Positions 37,440 to 48,786 of a stretch of 64,000 nt of DNA are shown here, one piece after another. The stretch is from Prolixibacteraceae bacterium (GTDB lineage: Bacteria > Bacteroidota > Bacteroidia > Bacteroidales > Prolixibacteraceae), in contig JAONJW010000008.1 of the NCBI GenBank assembly GCA_028377305.1, positions 1,455 through 65,454 on the forward strand, read 5' to 3'. The notes under the pieces are model-generated. The model ran no database searches, was not told the origin of the DNA, and saw only the letters and a list, made by a program, of their open reading frames with translations. Position 1 is the stretch's first letter, and every line of letters starts with the position of its first letter. Made by a program: the position numbers and the translations under genes.

Positions 37440-38867
37440 ATGTTAGAAACGATACTACTAGCACTGATTATTGTTCTTTTGATATTCATTATCTTAAGAA
37501 AAAAACAAGTGAATGCTCCATCCAGTTTAAACGAAGAGACACGAATTGAATTAGAATTACTCCGCAATGAAAATATTCAGTTTAAAAACCAACAACAAAC
37601 ACTACAAACACAGCGTGATCAACTAATTCGTCTTCAAACAGAGAAGCAAAATCTTTTAGTGCAACAACAACAACTTCAAGATCAAATTACACTTAAACAA
37701 AGTAATATAGAGAATAAAGATCAAGAACTCTCATCTCTGCGTTCATCGCTACATCAGCTCACTTTCGAGAGAGATAACCTTGAAACACAAGTAGCTCAAG
37801 AGCGAGAAAGTATTGAAGCTACAAAATGCCAGTTAGAGAAAGAATTTCAATTACTTGCAAACAGAGTGCTTGAAACCAATAGCGAACGTTTTGTTGCCAC
37901 AAACAAAGCCTCTTTAGATGCAATTTTAAAGCCTTTAAGAGACAATATTGATCTCTTTAAGGGAAAAGTAGAGGAAGTCTATGATAAAGAGTCAAAACAG
38001 CGCTTTAGCTTAGAACAAGAGGTGAAAAAATTGATGGAGCTTAACCAACGTATTAGTACGGATGCGCAGAATCTGACACATGCACTCAAAGGAGAAAGCA
38101 AGGTGCAAGGGAATTGGGGAGAGATGATTCTAGAATCCATATTAGAGAAATCAGGATTACGTAAGGGACAAGAGTATCTAATGGAACATGTTCTTAGAGA
38201 TAGTGAAGGCAAAAAATTAAGAAATGAACAAGGCAACTCAATGCGACCAGATGCAGTGATATTATATCCTGACCAGCGCCAAGTAATCGTAGACTCTAAA
38301 GTATCACTGAATGCTTACATTAGATATTGTGACGCAGATGACCCTTCTCTACAACAAAACGAACTTAATCTACACGTGGCGGCCATCAAACAACATGTCA
38401 CTTCACTAAGCAAAAAGTCCTACGACGACTATCCAGAGGCTTTAGACTTTGTTATGATGTTCATTCCTAATGAACCTGCCTATATGGCAGCAATGAGACA
38501 TGATGCTCAACTTTGGCAATATGCTTACGAAAAAAGAATTCTGATTCTCTCTCCCACCAATCTCATCACCGCCCTTAAACTAGTATCTGACCTATGGAAA
38601 CGAGAACATCAGAACATCAATGCATTAGAGATCGCTGAGCGAGGAGGGAAATTGTATGATAAATTTGTTGGCTTTGTAGAGAATCTACAAAAAGTAGAAA
38701 AGAATCTCAACCAAGCACAAGGTAGTTTCAATGATGCCTTCAAACAACTCTATACAGGAAAAGACAATTTGATAAGACAAACAGAGAAACTCAAAGAGTT
38801 GGGAGTAAAAAACAAAAAGAAATTCCCCGAAAAATATACCAATGAAGATTTTCCTTCATTACCATAA
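37440..38867 (+). CDS. rmuC: DNA recombination protein RmuC
   Basis: N-terminal TM helix, coiled coil, K.QGNWGE.ILE, RPD.VI..P....IVDSKVSL, DFVMMFIPNE, SPTNL. Confidence 0.95.
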   Translation: MLETILLALIIVLLIFIILRKKQVNAPSSLNEETRIELELLRNENIQFKNQQQTLQTQRDQLIRLQTEKQNLLVQQQQLQDQITLKQSNIENKDQELSSLRSSLHQLTFERDNLETQVAQERESIEATKCQLEKEFQLLANRVLETNSERFVATNKASLDAILKPLRDNIDLFKGKVEEVYDKESKQRFSLEQEVKKLMELNQRISTDAQNLTHALKGESKVQGNWGEMILESILEKSGLRKGQEYLMEHVLRDSEGKKLRNEQGNSMRPDAVILYPDQRQVIVDSKVSLNAYIRYCDADDPSLQQNELNLHVAAIKQHVTSLSKKSYDDYPEALDFVMMFIPNEPAYMAAMRHDAQLWQYAYEKRILILSPTNLITALKLVSDLWKREHQNINALEIAERGGKLYDKFVGFVENLQKVEKNLNQAQGSFNDAFKQLYTGKDNLIRQTEKLKELGVKNKKKFPEKYTNEDFPSLP

Positions 38868-38875
38868 AAGCACAA

Positions 38876-38918
38876 AAGCGTATTATGTTTCTGTAGAATA
38901 GAAAAACATAATACGCTT
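38876..38918. terminator. Bidirectional terminator (15-bp arms)
   Basis: AAGCGTATTATGTTT/AAACATAATACGCTT between convergent genes. Confidence 0.7.
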
Positions 38919-38929
38919 AATGGCCTATC

Positions 38930-39676
38930 CTAAACTGTATAAAATGGATTTGCTTGCGCTGTAGGCGTAATAACCATATCGTTCACACACACATGCTTGG
39001 GTGTGTTGGTAACATATACAATAGCATCAGCGATATCCTCCGCTTTCAATGGAACAAACTGCTGATACACAACCTCAGCCCTATCAGCATCTCCTTTAAA
39101 ACGAACCAACGAGAATTCGGTCTCCACCATTCCTGGTGCAATATTGCTTACTTTAATCCCATCTTCTAGCATATCAATACGCATCGCTTTACTCAAAGCA
39201 TCCACTGCATGTTTAGTTGCACAATAAACATTACCATACTTATAAACATCTTTTCCAGCAATAGATGAGACATTAATTATATGTCCATCTTTTCTTTCTA
39301 CCATATTAGGAGCAATAGCTCTAGTTACATATAGTAGCCCTTTAATATTTGTATCGATCATTCTCTCCCAGTCATCTACGACCCCATCTTGCAGCAACTC
39401 TAGTCCCACTGCCAATCCAGCATTATTAATCAAGACATCAACATCTTGCCAAGTCTTTGTAAGTGATGCAATCGCCGCATCGACCTCAGACTTCTTTGTT
39501 ACATCAAAACATAATGAAGCAACCTGTATTCCTTCATTTTTCAGTCTCACAACCAACTGATTCAAACGATCTTGACGTCTTCCAGTTACTATTAAGCGAT
39601 GCCCTTGAGCTCCAAACTGCAGAGCACAAGCCTCTCCGATACCAGCCGTAGCTCCTGTTATCAATATAGTCTTCAT
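38930..39676 (-). CDS. SDR oxidoreductase (YdfG-like NADP-dependent 3-hydroxy-acid dehydrogenase)
   Basis: TGATAGIG, NNAG, YCATK, PGMVETEFS.VRF. Confidence 0.9.
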   Translation of the reverse strand: MKTILITGATAGIGEACALQFGAQGHRLIVTGRRQDRLNQLVVRLKNEGIQVASLCFDVTKKSEVDAAIASLTKTWQDVDVLINNAGLAVGLELLQDGVVDDWERMIDTNIKGLLYVTRAIAPNMVERKDGHIINVSSIAGKDVYKYGNVYCATKHAVDALSKAMRIDMLEDGIKVSNIAPGMVETEFSLVRFKGDADRAEVVYQQFVPLKAEDIADAIVYVTNTPKHVCVNDMVITPTAQANPFYTV

Positions 39677-39807
39677 AATCATTAATCTATTAAGACATTA
39701 AAAATCAAAACAACATTACTTATGTCGTTGATACTCTAAAGATATCCAAAAAATATTCATCAAACCATATAGATAATCAAAACTGGGTAGATTCCTTCAT
39801 CCATACT

Positions 39808-40572
39808 ATGATAAAAAAGTGTCTATTTTCATTTATTATATCTACTCTACATCAGAGCAACGAGAGACGAAGAAATAATACCAGTCGAACCAACACAACT
39901 TATTTCATGGATAAAAACGGTGTTATTAATGACTGCCAAGATATATTGGCTACTTAAAAGACAGACGCTGGTTACACGGATCTGGACGACTCTATCTATT
40001 ATGACTTTTCATCACTCCTCAGTCATTAATACTGCCTGAGGGTGTCACTTTTATTAACACTAGACAAATAGATAAATCTTAAACAAGTTTTGTAAACAAT
40101 GGAACTATCCCCTATCTCAACATGAATATAATTTATAGCGTGGTTTATTTACTTACAGAGTAGGCTGTTTTATATATACACCTTTTGGCTCGCCGATACC
40201 ATAAAAAAACAAAGAGGTAGTATACCAAATTCTCACAAAAATTAATCATAAAATAGAGTAAAAAAGAACCCTACTAATTTGGTGGATATTAGTAGAAAGT
40301 AATGTGATATGACTACCCTATAAATTACGATGAACAGACAACCCTAATATTGTAGTAGTAAGCTTATCAACTAGAGGATTTGTTGTTCTTATGTAAATCG
40401 ACTTTATCCTTTGACTGTTTAATCTCTCGATCATTTATATCAATTTTAGAATCTTTAAAAGGAATTATACGATCGGTATGTTTAGGGATTTACACTATTT
40501 TCGTCGGCCTTTCGATGACCAAGCTCAATTTTTGTACAGAGAAAGGAAAACAGATTGAAGAAGATTGTTTAA
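39808..40572 (+). pseudogene. Possible heavily decayed BspA-LRR / T9SS-cargo gene remnant
   Basis: Scattered fragments: MIKKCLFSFII (signal-like), AGYTDLDDSIYYDFSSL and SLILPEGVTFI (LRR_5-like), ENRLKKIV* (CTD-like end). Confidence 0.35.
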
Positions 40573-40939
40573 ACACATCGGCAAAACAGGTCTTAGTCTA
40601 AAAAAATGGTTTATATCATAGAACTTGTATCCCACCTAATATATGGACTGATTCTACTTAATCATGGATTAACAGTGAGCTAACATTAGCAATTAACTTT
40701 CGATATTTACATAACGTTTTTCTCTGTTTTGAGACTACCTACAAAAAATAGGGTAGGCAAATTATAAGCAATAAACACAAAAACGGAATTATTCACGTTT
40801 GTGAAAAAGAGATCCATTCCTATCAACAAAAAAAATGTACTAGAGCAAAAAGGGAACCATGTTGATCTCTCATCTCTCAATATTTCTTTTTATGGTAAAA
40901 TTATGCTGCAAAAACGGTATTTCTTTTTTAGATTTGACG

Positions 40940-40947
40940 TACATTTG
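40940..40947 (+). promoter_or_regulatory. Primary-sigma -7 box (TACATTTG) for secA
   Basis: TAnnTTTG about 55 nt upstream of the ATG. Confidence 0.65.
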
Positions 40948-41001
40948 TAGGTAGCGGCAACGCTATGAAATAAGAATAATATAAAGCAAATAAATATAGA
41001 T

Positions 41002-44000
41002 ATGTCATTTATTGATAAATTTCTTTCCAAAATTTTCGGAAATAAATCGAATCGAGACATTCAAGAGATCATGCCTATTGTCGAGAAGGCAAAGGCTGAA
41101 TATGATCGTATGAATAAGCTTTCGAACGATGGTTTGAGAAATGAAACACTTCAACTTCAAGCAAAAATACAAGAGTATATCCAACCAGAAGAGAAGAAGG
41201 TTGCGACATTGAAACTCAAAGTAGAGGATCATCAAACGGCTATCGAAGCCAAAGAGGAAATCTACAAAGAGATTGATCTAATTGAAGGTAGCATTAACGA
41301 AAAGATAGAGGAAATACTTAAAGAGATTCTTCCAACTGCTTTCGCTATTGTTAAAGATACTGCACGACGATTTACTGAAAACGACCAAATTGAAGTTACT
41401 ACTTCTGGATTTGACCAACAGTTGGCTGCACGCTACGAACATGTTAATATCGAAGGTGATAAAACCTTTTTTCAAAATCAATGGGTCGCTGGTGGAAATA
41501 TGAACATCTGGAGCATGATACACTATGATGTACAGCTGATTGGTGGTACCGTTCTTCATTCAGGTAAAATCGCTGAGATGGCAACAGGAGAGGGTAAAAC
41601 ACTGGTAGCAACACTTCCTGTATACCTAAACGCACTTGCAGGCAGAGGAGTTCACGTTGTAACGGTGAATGACTATCTAGCTAAACGTGACTCGGAGTGG
41701 ATGGGACCACTTTATCAGTTCCATGGTCTCTCAGTCGACTGTATTGATAAGCACCAACCAAACTCAGAAGATCGTCGACAAGCCTATTTAGCAGATATCA
41801 CTTTCGGTACGAATAACGAATTTGGGTTCGACTACCTTCGTGATAATATGGCTACCAGTCCTGAAGATTTGGTACAACGTAAACATCATTATGCAATTGT
41901 CGATGAGGTCGATTCTGTATTGATTGATGATGCACGTACACCATTAATTATTTCTGGACCCATCCCTAAAGGCGAAGATCACCAATTTGATGAGTTGAAA
42001 CCAGCAGTCGACATCTTGGTTCAAGCACAACGCAAATTGGTTACAGAGATCCTTGCGGAAGCAAAACAGAAAATTAAATCGGGAGACAACAAAGTAAAAG
42101 AAGAGGGAGCTATGCTACTTCTTCGTGCACACAAAGGTTTTCCAAAGAATAAAGCAATCATTAAATTCCTAAGTGAAGATGGCATTAAGGCTTTAATGAT
42201 AAAGAGTGAAAACTTCTATATGCAGGATAACAATAAGCATATGCATATTGTTACCGATCCTCTTTACTTTATCATTGAAGAGAAGATGAACTCTATTGAA
42301 CTTACTGACAATGGACACGAACTTTTATCTAAAGGGGTAGAAGATACTTCTTTCTTCGTTTTGCCAGATGTAGGATCAGAGATTGCAGATATTGAGAATA
42401 ATACATCTCTCGATAATGACGAGAAGCTTCGTATTAAAGATGAATTGCTACAAAACTATGCAATAAAGTCGGAGCGTGTTCACACCATCAACCAGTTATT
42501 GAAAGCATATGCTATGTTCGAAAAGGATACAGAATATGTGGTGATGGACAACAAGGTAAAAATTGTAGATGAGCAGACTGGTCGTATAATGGAAGGTCGT
42601 CGTTACTCAGATGGTCTACATCAAGCGATTGAAGCAAAAGAGAACGTGAAGATTGAGGCAGCAACACAAACCTTTGCAACGGTTACCCTTCAGAACTACT
42701 TCCGTATGTATCACAAGTTGAGTGGTATGACTGGTACTGCAGAAACGGAAGCAGGTGAATTTTGGGATATCTACGAATTGGATGTAGTGGTTATTCCGAC
42801 CAACCGTCCGATTGCACGTAATGATCAAGATGACAAAGTTTACTTCACTAACAAAGATAAGTATAATGCTGTTATACAAGAGATTATAACTCTAAATCAG
42901 CAAGGCCGTCCTATCTTGGTCGGTACTACTTCAGTTGAAATTTCTGAATTGTTATCTCGTATGTTGAAGATGCGTGGCATCAAGCACAACGTACTGAATG
43001 CAAAACTACACCAGCGTGAGGCAGACATTGTTGCTGAAGCAGGTAAAGAGGGTGCGGTTACCATTGCTACAAACATGGCAGGTCGTGGTACAGATATCAA
43101 ACTAATACAAGAAGTAAAAGACAATGGTGGTTTGGCCATCATTGGAACAGAACGCCATGAATCTCGTCGTGTAGACCGTCAGTTGAGAGGTCGTGCAGGA
43201 CGTCAAGGTGACCCCGGATCATCTCAATTCTTTGTTTCGTTTGAAGACAAGTTGCTTCGTCTATTTGGTGCAGAAGGTATGATTAATGCACTATCTAAGT
43301 CTAAATTTACAAGACCTGAAGAAGGAGAGTCAATACAGAGTAGTATGATTACAAAACGTATTGAGGCTGCACAGCGTAAAGTAGAGGAGAACAACTTTGG
43401 AGTTCGTAAGAATCTACTTGAGTATGATGATGTAATGAACTCTCAGCGTGAGGTGATCTACAAGAAACGTCGTCATGCACTATACGGAGAGCGTATCGAT
43501 ACAGATATTCTTAACATGATGTATGATGCGGCAGACTCACTAGTAGAAGAGTATCATCCGCTAGGAAACGAAGGATTCGAAGACTTTAAACTAGAAATGA
43601 TCCGCTTCTTATCTGTAGAGTATCCTTTCGATCAAGATCATTTTGTAAAAGAGAGCCCTAGTACATTAACAGAGGAGTTGTACAAGGTCGTGATCGAGCG
43701 CTATGAACGCAAAGTGGAAGAAATTCGTGAACAAGCTATCCCAGTTATTAAGGATGTACACGAAAATCAAGGACACCTGTATACTAATATCGTGGTTCCA
43801 ATTACGGATGGTCGTTTGATGTATAACATTGTTTGTAACTTAGAAAAGGCAAACGAAACAGATTGTCGTGAATTGGTATTGGCTTACCAAAAACAAGTTA
43901 TTCTTGCAACCATCGATGACAACTGGAAAGAGCAGTTAAGAGAGTTAGATGATCTTCGTCAATCGGTTCGTAATGCACAGTATGAGCAGAAAGATCCTCT

Positions 44001-44310
44001 TTTGATCTATAAGTTCGAATCATTCACCCTATTCAAAACAATGATCGACAAGGTGAACAAAACGGTAGTTTCGACTTTGATGAAAGGTCAAATTCCAGCA
44101 AGATCACCAGAAGAGATTGAGGAAGCAGAAGCTCCCAAAAAAGAGAACAAACCTAAGTATCAAGAGCAACGCTCTGAAGTAGCCAATCATGACACAAGAG
44201 AGAAGCAAAAGGTGCAACCTCGTCGTGTAGAGAAAAAGGTAGGACGTAACGAACCATGTCCATGCGGTAGTGGTAAGAAGTTCAAGCAATGTCACGGTAA
44301 GAATCAATAA
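41002..44310 (+). CDS. secA: Preprotein translocase ATPase SecA
   Basis: [55 protein letters not shown]-terminal [13 protein letters not shown]. Confidence 0.99.
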   Translation: MSFIDKFLSKIFGNKSNRDIQEIMPIVEKAKAEYDRMNKLSNDGLRNETLQLQAKIQEYIQPEEKKVATLKLKVEDHQTAIEAKEEIYKEIDLIEGSINEKIEEILKEILPTAFAIVKDTARRFTENDQIEVTTSGFDQQLAARYEHVNIEGDKTFFQNQWVAGGNMNIWSMIHYDVQLIGGTVLHSGKIAEMATGEGKTLVATLPVYLNALAGRGVHVVTVNDYLAKRDSEWMGPLYQFHGLSVDCIDKHQPNSEDRRQAYLADITFGTNNEFGFDYLRDNMATSPEDLVQRKHHYAIVDEVDSVLIDDARTPLIISGPIPKGEDHQFDELKPAVDILVQAQRKLVTEILAEAKQKIKSGDNKVKEEGAMLLLRAHKGFPKNKAIIKFLSEDGIKALMIKSENFYMQDNNKHMHIVTDPLYFIIEEKMNSIELTDNGHELLSKGVEDTSFFVLPDVGSEIADIENNTSLDNDEKLRIKDELLQNYAIKSERVHTINQLLKAYAMFEKDTEYVVMDNKVKIVDEQTGRIMEGRRYSDGLHQAIEAKENVKIEAATQTFATVTLQNYFRMYHKLSGMTGTAETEAGEFWDIYELDVVVIPTNRPIARNDQDDKVYFTNKDKYNAVIQEIITLNQQGRPILVGTTSVEISELLSRMLKMRGIKHNVLNAKLHQREADIVAEAGKEGAVTIATNMAGRGTDIKLIQEVKDNGGLAIIGTERHESRRVDRQLRGRAGRQGDPGSSQFFVSFEDKLLRLFGAEGMINALSKSKFTRPEEGESIQSSMITKRIEAAQRKVEENNFGVRKNLLEYDDVMNSQREVIYKKRRHALYGERIDTDILNMMYDAADSLVEEYHPLGNEGFEDFKLEMIRFLSVEYPFDQDHFVKESPSTLTEELYKVVIERYERKVEEIREQAIPVIKDVHENQGHLYTNIVVPITDGRLMYNIVCNLEKANETDCRELVLAYQKQVILATIDDNWKEQLRELDDLRQSVRNAQYEQKDPLLIYKFESFTLFKTMIDKVNKTVVSTLMKGQIPARSPEEIEEAEAPKKENKPKYQEQRSEVANHDTREKQKVQPRRVEKKVGRNEPCPCGSGKKFKQCHGKNQ

Positions 44311-44343
44311 GGGATTCTTATGGTCTTGCGATAGTTAATATAC

Positions 44344-44380
44344 ATAGGGGAGATTTTCGCAGAAGATCTCCCCTATATTT
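44344..44380 (+). terminator. Stem-loop / terminator after secA
   Basis: ATAGGGGAGAT/ATCTCCCCTAT. Confidence 0.65.
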
Positions 44381-44403
44381 CATGTAAAACTAATTTTATT
44401 TCT

Positions 44404-45369
44404 ATGTTACTTTCAATTACTTGGAATGTATCTCCAGAAATCTTTATCATCAGTCCTATTAAAACCAATTGGCACTTTCTATTTTTTGTTCTAATGGGTA
44501 TTTTAATTGGAAAAGGAGTCTTTCAATATATTCAGAAAAAGAAATTTGAAACCAGTAGCATCCTTACTCTAATTGGGATTGCTATCGTAGGAATGGTATT
44601 GTGGGATAAATACCCTATCCATTTTATGACCCCCAAACTAGAAATTCGCTGGTATGGTATGGCTTTTGCGATGGGATTTATGTTGGGATACAAATTATTA
44701 GAAAAGATGTTCTCATCAGAAAAGGTTCCACACGAATGGGTCGACAAAATTTTTATATATGTGTTTGTTGCCACTATAGTCGGCGCAAGACTTGGACATG
44801 TAATATTTTATGATCTTAACTATTATCTTGCAAATCCATCAGAAATCCTTAAAACTTGGCACGGAGGGTTAGCTAGTCATGGTGGAACTATTGGTATTAT
44901 CATTGCGATTTACTTCTATTCGAAGTATATCACAAAAAGATCAATGATTTGGGCTTTAGACCGTTTGGCTGTACCCGTAGCATTGGTAGCGATGATGATC
45001 CGCTTAGGAAACCTTATGAACTCAGAGATTTATGGTGTTGTAACAGATCTTCCTTGGGGGGTAATCTTTGCTCGTAATGGGGAAACGGTAGCTAAACATC
45101 CAACGCAGGTTTATGAGGCTCTTTCTTACCTTTTCACTTTTGCGACATTAATGTGCTTCTATTGGAAAACAAACAAGAAAGAAAAAGAAGGTTTCTTGCT
45201 AGGGGTTTTCTTTATTGGGGTATTTCTATCACGTTTCCTAATTGAGTTCATCAAAGAGGATCAAGAAGCTTTTGAAGCTGGAATGCTACTAAACATGGGG
45301 CAATTATTAAGTATTCCTTTTGTTTTAGCTGGGATATACTTAATCTACAGAAGCTCTAAAAAGAGATAA
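44404..45369 (+). CDS. lgt: Prolipoprotein diacylglyceryl transferase
   Basis: IRWYG, GARLGHVIFY, GGLASHGG, RLGNLMNSE, HPTQVYE, RFLIEF, MGQLLS. Confidence 0.96.
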   Translation: MLLSITWNVSPEIFIISPIKTNWHFLFFVLMGILIGKGVFQYIQKKKFETSSILTLIGIAIVGMVLWDKYPIHFMTPKLEIRWYGMAFAMGFMLGYKLLEKMFSSEKVPHEWVDKIFIYVFVATIVGARLGHVIFYDLNYYLANPSEILKTWHGGLASHGGTIGIIIAIYFYSKYITKRSMIWALDRLAVPVALVAMMIRLGNLMNSEIYGVVTDLPWGVIFARNGETVAKHPTQVYEALSYLFTFATLMCFYWKTNKKEKEGFLLGVFFIGVFLSRFLIEFIKEDQEAFEAGMLLNMGQLLSIPFVLAGIYLIYRSSKKR

Positions 45370-45385
45370 AAGCTAATCTATCAAC

Positions 45386-45422
45386 AAAGAGGTGGCTATT
45401 CTACGAAATAACCACCTCTTTT
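45386..45422 (+). terminator. Intrinsic terminator after lgt
   Basis: AAAGAGGTGG/CCACCTCTTT. Confidence 0.7.
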
Positions 45423-45436
45423 CGTTCTCACATAAA

Positions 45437-46150
45437 ATGAAATACAAAAACCTACTACTAATCCCCTTGTTCTTATGCTCAACACTCAACATACTAGCAC
45501 AAGATAATTGTAACAGATGGAGATCAATCCTGGACACCTCCTATGTAAGACATACTAAGCCGAAAAACTACAAGTTATGGATACCCACCATAGCTGCCAT
45601 TGGAACAGGGTTTGCTCTTGACCACTTCATTCAAGTAGGCCCCAACGACAAAGAACAAGGGAATAGAGGTATCTCCTATTTAGGAGAAGCAAAAGTCGTG
45701 ACCCCCTTATCAGTCAGCCTTGCCATCACAGGATGGGCGATAAAGGATGAGAAGCTATCGGTTACGAGCCAGAAATCATTTGAAGCGATTATAGCAGCAG
45801 CAGCTATAGCCTCGCTTATGAAATATGCTACAGGAAGAGCTCGTCCATATACAGAATACAACTATAACCACTATTTCCCATTTCAAAAAGATGGAAAAGA
45901 CTATAGATCACTCCCGTCAGGGCATGCGACCATGGCATTTGCATTCTTCACTCCTTTTGCAGAAAACTACTCTCGATGGATCTATCTAGTTCCTATTGCA
46001 GTTTCAGCGCAACGAGTAATAGAAAAACAACATTGGCCTTCAGATGTAATAGTTGGTGCCGCCATTGGTTGGGGGATAGGCTACTTTCTTGCACACAAGA
46101 AAACTCATAAAATTGGAATATGTCCTAATGGAATATGCGTTTACCTATAG
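45437..46150 (+). CDS. PAP2-family phosphatase
   Basis: K...GRARP, PSGH, R....HWPSDV..G; start placed at MKYKN after the terminator. Confidence 0.9.
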   Translation: MKYKNLLLIPLFLCSTLNILAQDNCNRWRSILDTSYVRHTKPKNYKLWIPTIAAIGTGFALDHFIQVGPNDKEQGNRGISYLGEAKVVTPLSVSLAITGWAIKDEKLSVTSQKSFEAIIAAAAIASLMKYATGRARPYTEYNYNHYFPFQKDGKDYRSLPSGHATMAFAFFTPFAENYSRWIYLVPIAVSAQRVIEKQHWPSDVIVGAAIGWGIGYFLAHKKTHKIGICPNGICVYL

Positions 46151-46223
46151 CAGAACTATTTCGACACGATAAATAGGCAAGTCAATCAATATCAAAAAAT
46201 CTTTGATCTAAACAGCTAATATA

Positions 46224-46778
46224 TTACGGTGTAATTTTTATTTGGTATTTGGACAGTAATCCCAAAGCTGTTTGGGTGGAAAATTTCGCCCCTTTCATTT
46301 TATTGTTATCAGGATCAATAACAAGGTGGATTGCCGATCGGAAATCAGCCTGGGTGAGGTCACATCGATAAAATAGCGTTTGATCTAGATCTGTATCATC
46401 AAAATTGACTTTGCAGAGTCTACAAGATTCCATGATACCATGTTTAAATTGTGTATTTATAAAGCTACATGCTCGAAGATCCATATTTAAAAACACCGAT
46501 TGATCTAACCTAGAGTTGTTAAAATCCATGGAGAGCAAGAAAGGATTAACACCCTGAAATGCAACTCCTTGCATCAAACACTCCTTAAAAATCACAGATC
46601 GAAATGATGTTCCAGTAAGATCAACCATAGAGAAATTACATCCAATAAATTCACAATCTTCGAATTCAAATCCTTTAATGTCGACAGAACTAAAATCTAT
46701 TTGTTTAAACTGACATTCAATATAATGTGTCTTCTCTTTAGCAATTTTGGCACACACTTGTTCTTCGATAATATCCAT
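46224..46778 (-). CDS. Pentapeptide-repeat protein (Qnr/MfpA-like fold)
   Basis: Tandem (A/C/S)-(D/N)-(F/L)-x-x repeats throughout. Confidence 0.88.
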   Translation of the reverse strand: MDIIEEQVCAKIAKEKTHYIECQFKQIDFSSVDIKGFEFEDCEFIGCNFSMVDLTGTSFRSVIFKECLMQGVAFQGVNPFLLSMDFNNSRLDQSVFLNMDLRACSFINTQFKHGIMESCRLCKVNFDDTDLDQTLFYRCDLTQADFRSAIHLVIDPDNNKMKGAKFSTQTALGLLSKYQIKITP

Positions 46779-46782
46779 AAAA

Positions 46783-46809
46783 TAGGGATTACATAGTTAG
46801 TAATCCCTA
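46783..46809 (-). terminator. Stem-loop after pyk
   Basis: TAGGGATTAC/GTAATCCCTA followed by T4 on the minus strand. Confidence 0.6.
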
Positions 46810-46846
46810 AATATAGTAACGAAATCAATTCGTTTATTATCTATTC

Positions 46847-48286
46847 TTATAATTCTTCACCAACCACACCAATAAGTGCCATACGTGAACCAATACGCTC
46901 TGGAGGTAAAGTACCGACAAATACATAGCGGTCATCTTTCTTTAAGTGGTTTTTGTGAACCATCTCCTTCTCCATCCACTCAAGAAATTCTGAGGTAACC
47001 GTTGGCATCTTAGGTAAAAAGAACGTACGAACTCCCCACATTAAAGATAAAGAGTGAACCATCTTACGATGGGGCGTAAATACAAATATATTTGCATCAG
47101 GACGATGACGTGCAATATGTGCAGCAGCAAATCCTGTCTCACTAATCACTACAATTGCTTTGGCTTGGATATCCTTTGCTAGTGTCACTGCATTTTGAAT
47201 GATATGACGACTATAGAAACAGTCATCATTGATTGTTACATCAAACTGCCCATCATATGGGAATGCATCGCTCACTTCCACAGAACGAATCACTTGACTC
47301 ATTACTTGAACCGACTCGATAGGATATTGACCTGCAGCAGACTCTTCACTAAGCATCACACCATCTACACCATCCATTACGGCAGAAGCAATATCATTTA
47401 CTTCAGCACGGGTAGGCATTGGGTTTTTTACCATACTCTCCAGCATTTGTGTCGCTACAATGACTGGCTTAGCTTTCTTTTTACACTTCTTTATGATCTC
47501 TTTCTGTACGATGGGAACTTCAGAGAAACTTGTTTCTATCCCCAGGTCTCCACGAGCAATCATAATGGCATCAGTAGCATCAATAATTCTATCAATACGA
47601 GTCAATGCTTCTGGACGTTCTATCTTCGCAATAATTTTCGCATTACAATTTGACTCATCTAGAATACTTCGTAATTGATCAATATCTGTCGCAGAACGTA
47701 CAAAGGAAATTGCGATCCAATTCACATCGTTCTTAATCCCAAACTCAAGGTCAATAAGGTCTTTTGCTGTCAAACAGCTCTCTGAAATAGAAGTGTCTGG
47801 AAGGTTAATCCCTTTACGGCTTTTCAGTAGTCCTCCAATGATAACCTCAGTAACAACCTCATCATCATTAATCTCTTTTACTTCTAAACGGATTCGTCCA
47901 TCGTCGATAAGAATGGTCTCTCCCACTTTCACATCACTAATAAACCCCTGATAACCAGTAGACACTTTCACTGATGTTCCTAACACCTCATTCGTGGTAA
48001 TAATTAGCTTTTGCCCTGGAACAATTTCCACACCATTGTTCTCTACTTGTCCAATACGAATCTTAGGACCTTGCAAATCTTGTAAAATGGAAAGATTGTA
48101 ACTAAAGTTCTTATTAATTTCACGAATATTTGCAATTACTTTAGCATGATCCTCATGGGTTCCATGAGAAAAATTCAATCGGAACACATTCACTCCTGAC
48201 GCAGCCAACTGAAGCAACATCTCCTTACTACAACTAGAAGGCCCAACAGTAGCCACCACTTTGGTTCTCTTTGATAAAAAATCCAT
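46847..48286 (-). CDS. pyk: Pyruvate kinase
   Basis: RTKVVATVGP, RLNFSHG, DLQGPKIR, IIAKIE, IMIARGDLG, ATQMLESM, PTRAE. Confidence 0.97.
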   Translation of the reverse strand: MDFLSKRTKVVATVGPSSCSKEMLLQLAASGVNVFRLNFSHGTHEDHAKVIANIREINKNFSYNLSILQDLQGPKIRIGQVENNGVEIVPGQKLIITTNEVLGTSVKVSTGYQGFISDVKVGETILIDDGRIRLEVKEINDDEVVTEVIIGGLLKSRKGINLPDTSISESCLTAKDLIDLEFGIKNDVNWIAISFVRSATDIDQLRSILDESNCNAKIIAKIERPEALTRIDRIIDATDAIMIARGDLGIETSFSEVPIVQKEIIKKCKKKAKPVIVATQMLESMVKNPMPTRAEVNDIASAVMDGVDGVMLSEESAAGQYPIESVQVMSQVIRSVEVSDAFPYDGQFDVTINDDCFYSRHIIQNAVTLAKDIQAKAIVVISETGFAAAHIARHRPDANIFVFTPHRKMVHSLSLMWGVRTFFLPKMPTVTSEFLEWMEKEMVHKNHLKKDDRYVFVGTLPPERIGSRMALIGVVGEEL

Positions 48287-48786
48287 TTTATTTCTTTAAT
48301 TAAACAATTTACTTTTTATTTTAGCAACAAGCACCTATACATCGTTGCCCAATTAAGACCATCAGTAAATTTACTCAAAATAGACGATGTATAAAGAAAT
48401 TGCGTTGGATATACGCTGTTAATAAACATAATTTAACCTTACGCAACTACAACTTCCAATTAAAATCATGGCATCAAAGAATAATTTCTTTATGCAATCA
48501 TTGATAATTACACCATCTATAACCCAGCGAAAGAGATAATGTTCTTTATTATCTATTCTTTCGGCTAAGATTGTATGATCTGAACTTGTTATCATTAAAA
48601 TGGAGGGCAATGTATTATCTTAATATGGTGTGTAATAAGATAAAACGAGACAACCGACGTAACTTGGCTACATAAGAGGCTGTTCATCACAAAATATAAA
48701 TTGTTTATCATCCAAAATATGAACCCACTTATGATAGCTCACAAATGGGTTTATATAGACATATTCTTTCAAACGACTAACCACTA

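Noticed and set aside
48335-48392. 10-bp inverted repeat TATACATCGT/ACGATGTATA in the pyk leader as a riboswitch or attenuator
   Set aside because: No recognisable aptamer or U-tract; a single short stem with a 38-nt spacer.
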